From positions 215,512,001 through 215,576,000 of the forward strand of contig OZ024742.1 in the NCBI GenBank assembly GCA_964016885.1: a DNA stretch of 64,000 bases. Reading direction: 5' to 3'. This document shows positions 24,291-36,739 of the stretch, piece by piece. Origin of the DNA: Eledone cirrhosa (taxonomy: Eukaryota). The notes under the pieces were generated by a model. It was not told the origin of the DNA. It did not search any database and saw only the letters and a program-made list of their open reading frames with translations. Both the position numbers and the translations under genes were made by a program. How positions within the stretch are numbered: the stretch's first letter is position 1; every line of letters starts with the position of its first letter.

Positions 24291-27200
24291 GGAGTGGTGT
24301 TTGCAGTTGTGTGTTGTTGCTGATAGTTAGATAGATGGTGGAGTGGTGTTTGTAGTGGTGTGTTGTTGGTGATAGTTAGATAGTTGGTGGAGTGGTGTTT
24401 GTAGTGGTGTGTTGTTGCTGATAGTTAGATAGTTGGTGGAGTGGTGTTTGTAGTGGTGTGTTGTTGCTGATAGTTAGATAGTTGGTGGAGTGGTGTTTGT
24501 AGTGGTGTGGTGTTGGTGATAGTTAGATAGTTGGTGGAGTGGTGTTTGTAGTGGTGTGTTGTTGGTATTGTTAGATAGTTGGTGGAGTGGTGTTTGGAGT
24601 GGTGTGTTGTTGCTGATAGTTAGATAGTTGGTGGAGTGGTGTTTGTAGTGGTGTGGTGTTGGTGATAGTTAGATAGTTGGTGGAGTGGTGTTTGTAATGG
24701 TGTGTTGTTGGTGATAGTTAGATAGTTGGTGGAGTGGTGTTTGTAGTGGTGTGTTGTTGGTAATAGTTAGATAGTTGGTGGAGTGGTTTTTGTAGTGGTG
24801 TGTACTTGGTCATAGTTAGATAGTTGGTGGAGTGGTGTTTGTAGTGGTGTGTTGTTGCTGATAGTTAGATAGTTGGCGGAGTGGTGTTTATAGTGGTGTG
24901 TTGTTGCTGATAGTTAGATAGTTAGTGGAGTGGTGTTTGTAGTGGTGTGTTGTTGGTGATAGTTAGATAGTTGGTGGAGTGGTGTTTGTAGTGGTGTATT
25001 TTTGGTGATAGTTAGAAAGATGGTGGAGTGGTGTTTGTAGTGATGTGTCGTTTCTGATAGTTAGATAGTTGGTGGAGTGGTGTTTGTAGTGGTGTCATGT
25101 TGCTGATAGTTAGATAGTTGGTGAAGTGGTGTTTGTAGTGGTGTGTTGTAGGTGATAGTTAGATGGTTGGTGGAGTGGTGTTTGTAGAGGTGTGTTGTTG
25201 GTGATAGTGAAATAGATGGTGGAGTGGTGTTTGTAGTGGTGTGTTGTTGGTGATAGTTAGATAGTTGGTGGAGTGGTGTTTGTCGTGGTTTGTTGTTGGT
25301 GATAGTTAGATAGATGTTGGAATGGTGTTTGTAGTTGTGTGTTGTTGTTGATAGTTAGATAGTTGGTGGAGTGGTGTTTGTAGTGGTGTGTTGTTGGTGA
25401 TTGTTAGATAGTTGGTGCAGTGGTGTTTGTAGTGGTGTGTTGTTGGTGATAGTTAGATAGTTGGTGGAGTGGTGTTTGTAGTGGTGTGTTGTTGCTGATA
25501 GTAAGATAGATGGTGGAGTGGTGTTTGTAGTGGTGTGTTGTTGCTGATAGTGAGATAGATGTTGGAGTGGTGTTTGTAGTGGAGTGTTGTTGGTGATAGT
25601 TAGATAGTTGGTGGAGTAGTGTTTGTAGTGATGTGTTATTGGTGATAGTTAGATAGTTGGTGGAGTGGTGTTTGAAGTGGTGTGTTGTTGGGGATAGTTA
25701 TATATATGGTGGAGTGGTGTTTGTAGTGATGTGTTGTTTCTGATAGATAGATAGTTGGTGGAGTGGTGTTTGTAGCGGTGTCATGTTGTTCATAGTTAGA
25801 TAGTTGGTGAAGTGGTGTTTGTAGTGGTGTGTTGTTGGTGATAGTTAGATAGTTGGTGGAGTGGTGTTTGTAGTGGTGTGTTGTTGCTGATAGTTAGATA
25901 GTTGGTGGAGTGGTGTTTGTAGTGGTGTGTTGTTGGTGATAGTGAGATAGATGGTGGAGTGGTGTTTGTAGTGGTGTGTTGTTGGTGATAGATAGATAGT
26001 TGGTTAAGTGGTGTTTATAGTGGTGTGTTGTTGCTGATAGTTAGATAGATGGTGGAGTGGTGTTTCGAGTGGTGTTTGTAGTGGTGTGTTGTTGCTGATA
26101 GTTAGATAGTTGGTGGTGAGGTGTTTGTAGTGGTGTGTTGTTGGTGATAGTTAGATAGTTGGTGGAGTGGTGTTTGCAGTTGTGTGTTGTTGCTGATAGT
26201 TAGATAGATGGTGGAGTGGTGTTTGTAGTGGTGTGTTGTTGGTGATAGTTAGATAGTTGGTGGAGTGGTGTTTGTAGTGGTGTGTTGTTGCTGATAGTTA
26301 GATAGTTGGTGGAGTGGTGTTTGTAGTGGTGTGTTGTTGCTGATAGTTAGATAGTTGGTGGAGTGGTGTTTGTAGTGGTGTGGTGTTGGTGATAGTTAGA
26401 TAGTTGGTGGAGTGGTGTTTGTAGTGGTGTGTTGTTGGTATTGTTAGATAGTTGGTGGAGTGGTGTTTGGAGTGGTGTGTTGTTGCTGATAGTTAGATAG
26501 TTGGTGGAGTGGTGTTTGTAGTGGTGTGGTGTTGGTGATAGTTAGATAGTTGGTGGAGTGGTGTTTGTAATGGTGTGTTGTTGCTGATAGTTAGATAGAT
26601 GGTGGAGTGGTGTTTGAAGTGGTGTGTTGTTGCTGATAGTTAGATAGTTGGTGGAGTGGTGTTTGTAGTGGTGTGGTGTTGGTGATAGTTAGATAGTCGG
26701 TGGAGTGGTGTTTGTAGTGGTGTGTTGTTGCTGATAGTAAGATAGATGGTGGAGTGGTGTTTGTAGTGGTGTGTTGTTGCTGATAGTGAGATAGATGTTG
26801 GAGTGGTGTTTGTAGTGGTGTGTTGTTGCTGATAGTGAGATAGATGGTGGTGTGGTGTTTGTAGTGGTGTATTTTTGGTGATAGTTAGATAGATGGTGGA
26901 GTGGTGTTTGTAGTGATGTGTTGTTTCTGAATAGTTAGATAGTTGGTGGAGTGGTGTTTGTAGTGGTGTCATGTTGCTGATAGTTAGATAGTTGGTGAAG
27001 TGGTGTTTGTAGTGGTATGTTGTTGGTGATAGTTAGATAGTTGGTGGAGTGGTGTTTGTAGAGGTGTGTTGTTGGTGATAGTGAGATAGATGGTGGAGTG
27101 GTGTTTGTAGTGGTGTGTTGTTGGTGATAGTTAGATAGTTGGTAAAGTTGTGTTTGTAGTGGTGTGTTGTTGCTGATAGTTAGATAGTTGGTGGAGTGGT

Positions 27201-28429
27201 GTTTGTAGTGGTGTGGTGTTGGTGATAGTTAGATAGTTGGTGGAGTGGTGTTTTTAGTGGTGTGTTGTTGGTGATAGTTAGATAGTTGGTGGAGTGGTGT
27301 TTGTAGTAGTGTGTTGTTGCTGATAGCTAGATAGATGGTGGAGTGGTGTTTGTAGTGGTGTGTTGTTGGTGATAGTTATATAGATGGTGGAGTGGTGTTT
27401 GTAGTGGTGTGTTGTTGCTGATAGTTAGATAGATGGTGGAATGGTGTTTGTAGTGGTGTGTTGTTGGTGATAGTTAGATAGATGGTGGAGTGGTGTTTGT
27501 AGTGGTGTGTTGTTGGTGATAGTTAGATAGTTGGTGGAGTGGTGTTTGTAGTGGTTTGTTGTTGGTGATAGTTAGATAGATGTTGGAGTGGTGTTTGTAG
27601 TTGTGTGTTGTTGGTGATAGTTAGATAGTTGGTGGAGTGGTGTTTGTAGTGGTTTGTTGTTGGTGATAGTTAGATAGATGTCGGAATGGTGTTTGTAGTT
27701 GTGTGTTGTTGGTGATAGTTAGATAGTTGGTGGAGTGGTGTTTGGAGTGGTATGTTGTTGCTGATAGTTAGATAGTTGGTGGAGTGGTGTTTGTAGTGGT
27801 GTGGTGTTGGTGATAGTTAGATAGTTGGTGGAGTGGTGTTTGTAATGGTGTGTTGTTGCTGATAGTTAGATAGATGGTGGAGTGGTGTTTGCAGTGGTGT
27901 GTTGTTGCTGATAGTTAGATAGTTGGTGGAGTGGTGTTTGTAGTGGTGTGCTGTCGGTGATAGTTAGATAGTTGGTGGAGTGGTGTTTGTAGTGGTGTGT
28001 TGTTGCTGATAGTAAGATAGATGGTGGAGTGGTGTTTGTAGTGGAGTGTTGTTGCTGATAGTGAGATAGATGTTGGAGTGGTGTTTGTAGTGGTGTGTTG
28101 TTGGTGATAGTTAGATAGTTGGTGGAGTGGTGTTTGTAGTAGTGTGTTGTTGCTGATAGTGAGATAGATGGTCGAGGGGTGTTTGTAGTGGTGTCTTGTT
28201 GGTGATAGTAGATAGATTGTGGAGTAGCGTTTGTAGTGATGTGTTGTTGGTGATAGTTAGATAGTTGGTGGAGTGGTGTTTGTAGTGGTGTGTTGTTGGT
28301 GATAGTTAGATAGATGGTGGAGTGGTGTTTGTAGTGATGTGTTTTTTCTGATAGTGAGATAGTTGGTGGAGTGGTGTTTGTAGTGGTGTCATGTTGTTCA
28401 TAGTTAGATAGTTGGTGAAGTGGTGTTTG

Positions 28430-31400
28430 TAGTGGTGTGTTGTTGGTGATAGTTAGATAGTTGGTGGAGTGGTGTTTGTAGTGGTGTGTTGTTGCTGATA
28501 TTTAGATAGTTGGTGGAGTGGTGTTTGTAGTGGTGTGTTGTTGGTGATAGTGAGATAGATGGTGGGGTGGTGTTTGTAGTGGTGTGTGGTTCTTGATAGT
28601 TAGATAGATGGTGGAGTGGTGTTTGTAGTGGTGTGTTGTTGGTGATAGTTAGATAGTTGGTGGAGTGGTATTTGTAGTGGTGTGTTGTCGGTGATAGTTA
28701 GATTGATGGTGGAGTGGTGTTTGTAGTGGTGTGTTGTTGGTGATAGTTAGATAGTTGGTGGAGTGGTGTTTATAGTGGTGTGTTGTTGCCGATAGTTAGA
28801 TAGTTGGTGGAGTGGTGTTTGGAGTGGTGTTTGTAGTGGTGTGTTGTTGGTGATAGTTATATAGTTGGTAAAGTGGTGTTTGTAGTGGTGTGTTGTTGCT
28901 GATAGTTAGATAGTTGGTGGAGTGGTGTTTGTAGCGGTGTGTTGTTGGTGATAGTTAGATAGTTGGTGGAGTGGTGTTTGTAGTAGTGTGTTGTTGCTGA
29001 TAGTTAGATAGTTGGTGGAGTGGTGTTTGTAGTGGTGTGTTGTTGCTGATAGTTAGATAGTTGGTGGAGTGGTGTTTGTAGTGGTGTGTTGTTGGTGATA
29101 GTTAGATAGTTGGTGGAGTGGTGTTTGTAGTGGTGTGTTGTTGGTGATAGTTAGATATATGGTGGAGTGGTGTTTGTATTGGTGTGTTGTTGGTAATAGT
29201 TAGATAGTTGGTGGAGTGGTTTTTGTAGTGGTGTGTACTTGGTCATAGTTAGATAGTTGGTGGAGTGGTGTTTGTAGTGGTGTGTTGTTGCTGATAGTTA
29301 GATAGTTGGCGGAGTGGTGTTTATAGTGGTGTGTTGTTGCTGATAGTTAGATAGTTAGTGGAGTGGTGTTTGTAGTGGTGTGTTGTTGGTGATAGTTTGA
29401 TCGTTGGTGGAGTGGTGTTTGTAGTGGTGTATTTTTGGTGATAGTTAGAAAGATGGTGGAGTGGTGTTTGTAGTGATGTGTCGTTTCTGATAGTTAGATA
29501 GTTGGTGGAGTGGTGTTTGTAGTGGTGTCATGTTGCTGATAGTTAGATAGTTGGTGAAGTGGTGTTTGTAGTGGTGTGTTGTAGGTGATAGTTAGATGGT
29601 TGGTGGAGTGGTGTTTGTAGAGGTGTGTTGTTGGTGATAGTGAAATAGATGGTGGAGTGGTGTTTGTAGTGGTGTGTTGTTGGTGATAGTTAGATAGTTG
29701 GTAAATTTGTGTTTGTAGTGGTGTGTTGTTGCTGATAGTTAGATAGTTGGTGGAGTGGTGTTTTTAGTGGTGTGTTGTTTGTGATAGTTAGATAGATGTT
29801 GGAGTGGTGTTTGTAGTTGTGTGTTGTTGGTGATAGTTAGATAGTTGGTGGAGTGGTGTTTGTCGTGGTTTGTTGTTGGTGATAGTTAGATAGATGTTGG
29901 AATGGTGTTTGTAGTTGTGTGTTGTTGTTGATGAAAGTTAGATAGTTGGTGGAGTGGTGTTTGTAGTGGTGTGTTGTTGGTGATTGTTAGATAGTTGGTG
30001 CAGTGGTGTTTGTAGTGGTCTGTTGTTGGTGATAGTTAGATAGTTGGTGGAGTGGTGTTTGTAGTGGTGTGTTGTTGGTGATAGTTAGATAGATGGTGGA
30101 GTGGTGTTTGTAGTGATGTGTTTTTTCTGATAGTGAGATAGTTGGTGGAGTGGTGTTTGTAGTGGTGTGTTGTTGGTGATAGTTAGATAGTTGGTGGAGT
30201 GGTGTTTGTAGTGGTGTGTTGTTGCTGATATTTAGATAGTTGGTGGAGTGGTGTTTGTAGTGGTGTGTTGTTGGTGATAGTGAGATAGATGGTGGGGTGG
30301 TGTTTGTAGTGGTGTGTGGTTCTTGATAGTTAGATAGATGGTGGAGTGGTGTTTGTAGTGGTGTGTTGTTGGTGATAGTTAGATAGTTGGTGGAGTGGTA
30401 TTTGTAGTGGTGTGTTGTCGGTGATAGTTAGATTGATGGTGGAGTGGTGTTTGTAGTGGTGTGTTGTTGGTGATAGTTAGATAGTTGGTGGAGTGGTGTT
30501 TATAGTGGTGTGTTGTTGCCGATAGTTAGATAGTTGGTGGAGTGGTGTTTGGAGTGGTGTTTGTAGTGGTGTGTTGTTGGTGATAGTTATATAGTTGGTA
30601 AAGTGGTGTTTGTAGTGGTGTGTTGTTGCTGATAGTTAGATAGTTGGTGGAGTGGTGTTTGTAGCGGTGTGTTGTTGGTGATAGTTAGATAGTTGGTGGA
30701 GTGGTGTTTGTAGTAGTGTGTTGTTGCTGATAGTTAGATAGTTGGTGGAGTGGTGTTTGTAGTGGTGTGTTGTTGCTGATAGTTAGATAGTTGGTGGAGT
30801 GGTGTTTGTAGTGGTGTGTTGTTGGTGATAGTTAGATAGTTGGTGGAGTGGTGTTTGTAGTGGTGTGTTGTTGGTGATAGTTAGATATATGGTGGAGTGG
30901 TGTTTGTATTGGTGTGTTGTTGGTAATAGTTAGATAGTTGGTGGAGTGGTTTTTGTAGTGGTGTGTACTTGGTCATAGTTAGATAGTTGGTGGAGTGGTG
31001 TTTGTAGTGGTGTGTTGTTGCTGATAGTTAGATAGTTGGCGGAGTGGTGTTTATAGTGGTGTGTTGTTGCTGATAGTTAGATAGTTAGTGGAGTGGTGTT
31101 TGTAGTGGTGTGTTGTTGGTGATAGTTTGATCGTTGGTGGAGTGGTGTTTGTAGTGGTGTATTTTTGGTGATAGTTAGAAAGATGGTGGAGTGGTGTTTG
31201 TAGTGATGTGTCGTTTCTGATAGTTAGATAGTTGGTGGAGTGGTGTTTGTAGTGGTGTCATGTTGCTGATAGTTAGATAGTTGGTGAAGTGGTGTTTGTA
31301 GTGGTGTGTTGTAGGTGATAGTTAGATGGTTGGTGGAGTGGTGTTTGTAGAGGTGTGTTGTTGGTGATAGTGAAATAGATGGTGGAGTGGTGTTTGTAGT

Positions 31401-31790
31401 GGTGTGTTGTTGGTGATAGTTAGATAGTTGGTAAATTTGTGTTTGTAGTGGTGTGTTGTTGCTGATAGTTAGATAGTTGGTGGAGTGGTGTTTTTAGTGG
31501 TGTGTTGTTTGTGATAGTTAGATAGATGTTGGAGTGGTGTTTGTAGTTGTGTGTTGTTGGTGATAGTTAGATAGTTGGTGGAGTGGTGTTTGTCGTGGTT
31601 TGTTGTTGGTGATAGTTAGATAGATGTTGGAATGGTGTTTGTAGTTGTGTGTTGTTGTTGATGAAAGTTAGATAGTTGGTGGAGTGGTGTTTGTAGTGGT
31701 GTGTTGTTGGTGATTGTTAGATAGTTGGTGCAGTGGTGTTTGTAGTGGTGTGTTGTTGGTGATAGTTAGATAGTTGGTGGAGTGGTGTTT
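28430..31790 (+). repeat. Tandem duplication, period 1730 bp (35 monomers + 12 + 3 bp)
   Basis: gtacttggtc 29235/30965; 3-bp insertion variant atgaaagtta 29931/31661; ggttcttgat and gccgatag recur in order. Confidence 0.88.
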
Positions 31791-34110
31791 GTAGTGGTGT
31801 GTTGTTGCTAATAGTAAGATAGATGGTGGAGTGGTGTTTGTAGTGGTGTGTTGTTACTGATAGTGAGATAGATGTTGGAGTGGTGTTTGTAGTGGAGTGT
31901 TGTTGGTGATAGTTAGATAGTTGGTGGAGTAGTGTTTGTAGTGATGTGTTGTTGGTGATAGTTAGATAGTTGGTGGAGAGGTGTTTGAAGTGGTGTGTTG
32001 TTGGTGATAGTTATATATATGGTGGAGTGGTGTTTGTAGTGATGTGTTGTTTCTGATAGATAGATAGTTGGTGGAGTGGTGTTTGTAGCGGTGTCATGTT
32101 GTTCATAGTTAGATAGTTGGTGAAGTGGTGTTTGTAGTGGTGTGTTGTTGGTGATAGATAGATAGTTGGTGGAGTGGTGTTTGTAGTGGTGTGTTGTTGC
32201 TGATAGTTAGATAGTTGGTGGAGTGGTGTTTGTAGTGGTGTGTTGTTCGTGATAGGGAGATAGATGGTGGAGTGGTGTTTGTAGTGGTGTGTTGTTGGTG
32301 ATAGATAGATAGTTGGTTAAGTGGTGTTTATAGTGGTGTGTTGTTGCTGATAGTTAGATAGATGTTGGAGTGGTGTTTGGAGTGGTGTTTGTAGTGGTGT
32401 GTTGTTGCTGATAGTTAGATAGTTGGTGGTGAGGTGTTTGTAGTGGTGTGTTGTTGGTGATAGTTAGATAGTTGGTGGAGTGGTGTTTGCAGTTGTGTGT
32501 TGTTGCTGATAGTTAGATAGATGGTGGAGTGGTGTTTGTAGTGGTGTGTTGTTGGTGATAGTTAGATAGTTGGTGGAGTGGTGTTTGTAGTGGTGTGTTG
32601 TTGCTGATAGTTAGATAGTTGGTGGAGTGGTGTTTGTAGTGGTGTGTTGTTGCTGATAGTTAGATAGTTGGTGGAGTGGTGTTTGTAGTGGTGTCATGTT
32701 GCTGATAGTTAGATAGTTGGTGAAGTGGTGTTTGTAGTGGTGTGTTGTAGGTGATAGTTAGATGGTCGGTGGAGTGGTGTTTGTAGAGGTGTGTTGTTGG
32801 TGATAGTGAAATAGATGGTGGAGTGGTGTTTGTAGTGGTGTGTTGTTGGTGATAGTTAGATAGTTGGTAAATTTGTGTTTGTAGTGGTGTGTTGTTGCTG
32901 ATAGTTAGATAGTTGGTGGAGTGGTGTTTTTAGTGGTGTGTTGTTTGTGATAGTTAGATAGATGTTGGAGTGGTGTTTGTAGTTGTGTGTTGTTGGTGAT
33001 AGTTAGATAGTTGGTGGAGTGGTGTTTGTCGTGGTTTGTTGTTGGTGATAGTTAGATAGATGTTGGAATGGTGTTTGTAGTTGTGTGTTGTTGTTGATAG
33101 TTAGATAGTTGGTGGAGTGGTGTTTGTAGTGGTGTGTTGTTGGTGATTGTTAGATAGTTGGTGCAGTGGTGTTTGTAGTGGTGTGTTGTTGGTGATAGTT
33201 AGATAGTTGGTGGAGTGGTGTTTGTAGTGGTGTGTTGTTGCTGATAGTAAGATAGATGGTGGAGTGGTGTTTGTAGTGGTGTGTTGTTACTGATAGTGAG
33301 ATAGATGTTGGAGTGGTGTTTGTAGTGGAGTGTTGTTGGTGATAGTTAGATAGTTGGTGGAGTAGTGTTTGTAGTGATGTGTTGTTGGTGATAGTTAGAT
33401 AGTTGGTGGAGTGGTGTTTGAAGTGGTGTGTTGTTGGTGATAGTTATATATATGGTGGAGTGGTGTTTGTAGTGATGTGTTGTTTCTGATAGATAGATAG
33501 TTGGTGGAGTGGTGTTTGTAGCGGTGTCATGTTGTTCATAGTTAGATAGTTGGTGAAGTGGTGTTTGTAGTGGTGTGTTGTTGGTGATAGTTAGATAGTT
33601 GGTGGAGTGGTGTTTGTAGTGGTGTGTTGTTGCTGATAGTTAGATAGTTGGTGGAGTGGTGTTTGTAGTGGTGTGTTGTTCGTGATAGTGAGATAGATGG
33701 TGGAGTGGTGTTTGTAGTGGTGTGTTGTTGGTGATAGATAGATAGTTGGTTAAGTGGTGTTTATAGTGGTGTGTTGTTGCTGATAGTTAGATAGATGGTG
33801 GAGTGGTGTTTGGAGTGGTGTTTGTAGTGGTGTGTTGTTGCTGATAGTTAGATAGTTGGTGGTGAGGTGTTTGTAGTGGTGTGTTGTTGGTGATAGTTAG
33901 ATAGTTGGTGGAGTGGTGTTTGCAGTTGTGTGTTGTTGCTGATAGTTAGATAGATGGTGGAGTGGTGTTTGTAGTGGTGTGTTGTTGGTGATAGTTAGAT
34001 AGTTGGTGGAGTGGTGTTTGTAGTGGTGTGTTGTTGCTGATAGTTAGATAGTTGGTGGAGTGGTGTTTGTAGTGGTGTGTTGTTGCTGATAGTTAGATAG
34101 TTGGTGGAGT
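31230..34110 (+). repeat. Tandem duplication, period 1433-1436 bp (29 monomers + 12 bp)
   Basis: gtaaatttgt 31431/32867; tgttgttcgt 32241/33674; gttactgat variant in both copies. Confidence 0.85.
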
Positions 34111-36739
34111 GGTGTTTGTAGTGGTGTGGTGTTGGTGATAGTTAGATAGTTGGTGGAGTGGTGTTTGTAGTGGTGTGTTGTTGGTATTGTTAGATAGTTG
34201 GTGGAGTGGTGTTTGGAGTGGTGTGTTGTTGCTGATAGTTAGATAGTTGGTGGAGTGGTGTTTGTAGTGGTGTGGTGTTGGTGATAGTTAGATAGTCGGT
34301 GGAGTGCTGTTTGTAGTGGTGTGTTGTTGCTGATAGTAAGATAGATGGTGGAGTGGTGTTTGTAGTGGTGTGTTGTTGCTGATAGTGAGATAGATGTTGG
34401 AGTGGTGTTTGTAGTGGTGTGTTGTTGCTGATAGTGAGATAGATGGTGGTGTGGTGTTTGTAGTGGTGTATTTTTGGTGATAGTTAGATAGATGGTGGAG
34501 TGGTGTTTGTAGTGATGTGTTGTTTCTGAATAGTTAGATAGTTGGTGGAGTGGTGTTTGTAGTGGTGTCATGTTGCTGATAGTTAGATAGTTGGTGAAGT
34601 GGTGTTTGTAGTGGTATGTTGTTGGTGATAGTTAGATAGTTGGTGGAGTGGTGTTTGTAGAGGTGTGTTGTTGGTGATAGTGAGATAGATGGTGGAGTGG
34701 TGTTTGTAGTGGTGTGTTGTTGGTGATAGTTAGATAGTTGGTAAAGTTGTGTTTGTAGTGGTGTGTTGTTGCTGATAGTTAAATAGTTGGTGGAGTGGTG
34801 TTTTTAGTGGTGTGTTGTTGGTGATAGTTAGATAGTTGGTGGAGTGGTGTTTGTAGTAGTGTGTTGTTGCTGATAGCTAGATAGATGGTGGAGTGGTGTT
34901 TGTAGTGGTGTGTTGTTGGTGATAGTTAGATAGATGGTGGAGTGGTGTTTGTAGTGGTGTGTTGTTGCTGATAGTTAGATAGATGGTGGAATGGTGTTTG
35001 TAGTGGTGTGTTGTTGCTGATAGTTAGATAGATGGTGGAGTGGTGTTTGTAGTGGTGTGTTGTTGGTGATAGTTAGATAGTTGGTGGAGAGGTGTTTGTA
35101 GTGGTTTGTTGTTGGTGATAGTTAGATAGATGTTGGAGTGGTGTTTGTAGTTGTGTGTTGTTGGTGATAGTTAGATAGTTGGTGGAGTGGTGTTTGTAGT
35201 GGTTTGTTGTTGGTGATAGTTAGATAGATGTCGGAATGGTGTTTGTAGTTGTGTGTTGTTGGTGATAGTTAGATAGTTGCTGGAGTGGTGTTTGTAGTGG
35301 TGTGTTGTTGGTGATTGTTAGATAGTTGGTGCAGTGGTGTTTGTAGTGGTGTGTTGTTGGTGATAGTTAGATAGTTGGTGGAGTGGTGTTTGTAGTGGTG
35401 TGTTGTTGCTGATAGTAAGATAGATGGTGGAGTGGTGTTTGTAGTGGTGTGTTGTTGCTGATAGTGAGATAGATGTTGGAGTGGTGTTTGTAGTGGAGTG
35501 TTGTTGGTGATAGTTAGATAGTTGGTGGAGTGGTGTTTGTAGTAGTGTGTTGTTGCTGATAGTGAGATAGTTGGTGGAGTGGTGTTTATAGTGGTGTGTT
35601 GTTGCTGATAGTGCGATAGATGGTGGAGGGGTGTTTGTAGTGGTGTGTTGTTGGTGATAGTAGATAGATGGTGGAGTAGTGTTTGTAGTGATGTGTTGTT
35701 GGTATAGTTAGATAGTTGGTGGAGTGCTGTTTGTAGTGGTGTGTTGTTGGTGATAGTTAGATAGATGGTGGAGTGCTGTTTGTAGTGGTGTGTTGTTGGT
35801 GATAGTTAGATAGATGGTGGAGTGGTGTTTGTAGTGATGTGTTGTTTCTGAATAGTTAGATAGTTGGTAGAGTGGTGTTTGTAGTGGTGTCATGTTGCTG
35901 ATTGTTAGATAGTTGTTGGAGTGGTGTTTGTAGAGGTGTGTTGTTGGTGATAGTGAGATAGATGGTGGAGTGGTGTTTGTAGTGGTGTGTTGTTGGTGAT
36001 AGTTAGATAGTTGGTAAAGTTGTGTTTGTAGTGGTGTGTTGTTGCTGATAGTTAGATAGTTGGCGGAGTGGTGTTTTTAGTGGTGTGTTGTTGGTGATAG
36101 TTAGATAGATGTTGGAGTGGTGTTTGTAGTTGTGTGTTGTTGGTGATAGTTAGATAGTTGGTGGAGTGGTGTTTGTCGTGGTTTGTTGTTGGTGATAGTT
36201 AGATAGATGTTGGAATGGTGTTTGTAGTTGTGTGTTGTTGTTGATAGTTAGATAGTTGGTGGAGTGGTGTTTGTAGTGGTGTGTTGTTGGTGATTGTTAG
36301 ATAGTTGGTGCAGTGGTGTTTGTAGTAGTGTGTTGTTGGTGATAGTTAGATAGTTGGTGGAGTGGTGTTTGTAGTGGTGTGTTGTTGCTGATAGTAAGAT
36401 AGATGGTGGAGTGGTGTTTGTAGTGGTGTGTTGTTGCTGATAGTGAGATAGATGTTGGAGTGGTGTTTGTAGTGGAGTGTTGTTGGTGATAGTTAGATAG
36501 TTGGTGGAGTAGTGTTTGTAGTGATGTGTTGTTGGTGATAGTTAGATAGTTGGTGGAGTGGTGTTTGAAGTGGTGTGTTGTTGGTGATAGTTATATATAT
36601 GGTGGAGTGGTGTTTGTAGTGATGTGTTGTTTCTGATAGATAGATAGTTGGTGGAGTGGTGTTTGTAGCGGTGTCATGTTGTTCATAGTTAGATAGTTGG
36701 TGAAGTGGTGTTTGTAGTGGTGTGTTGTTGGTGATAGTT

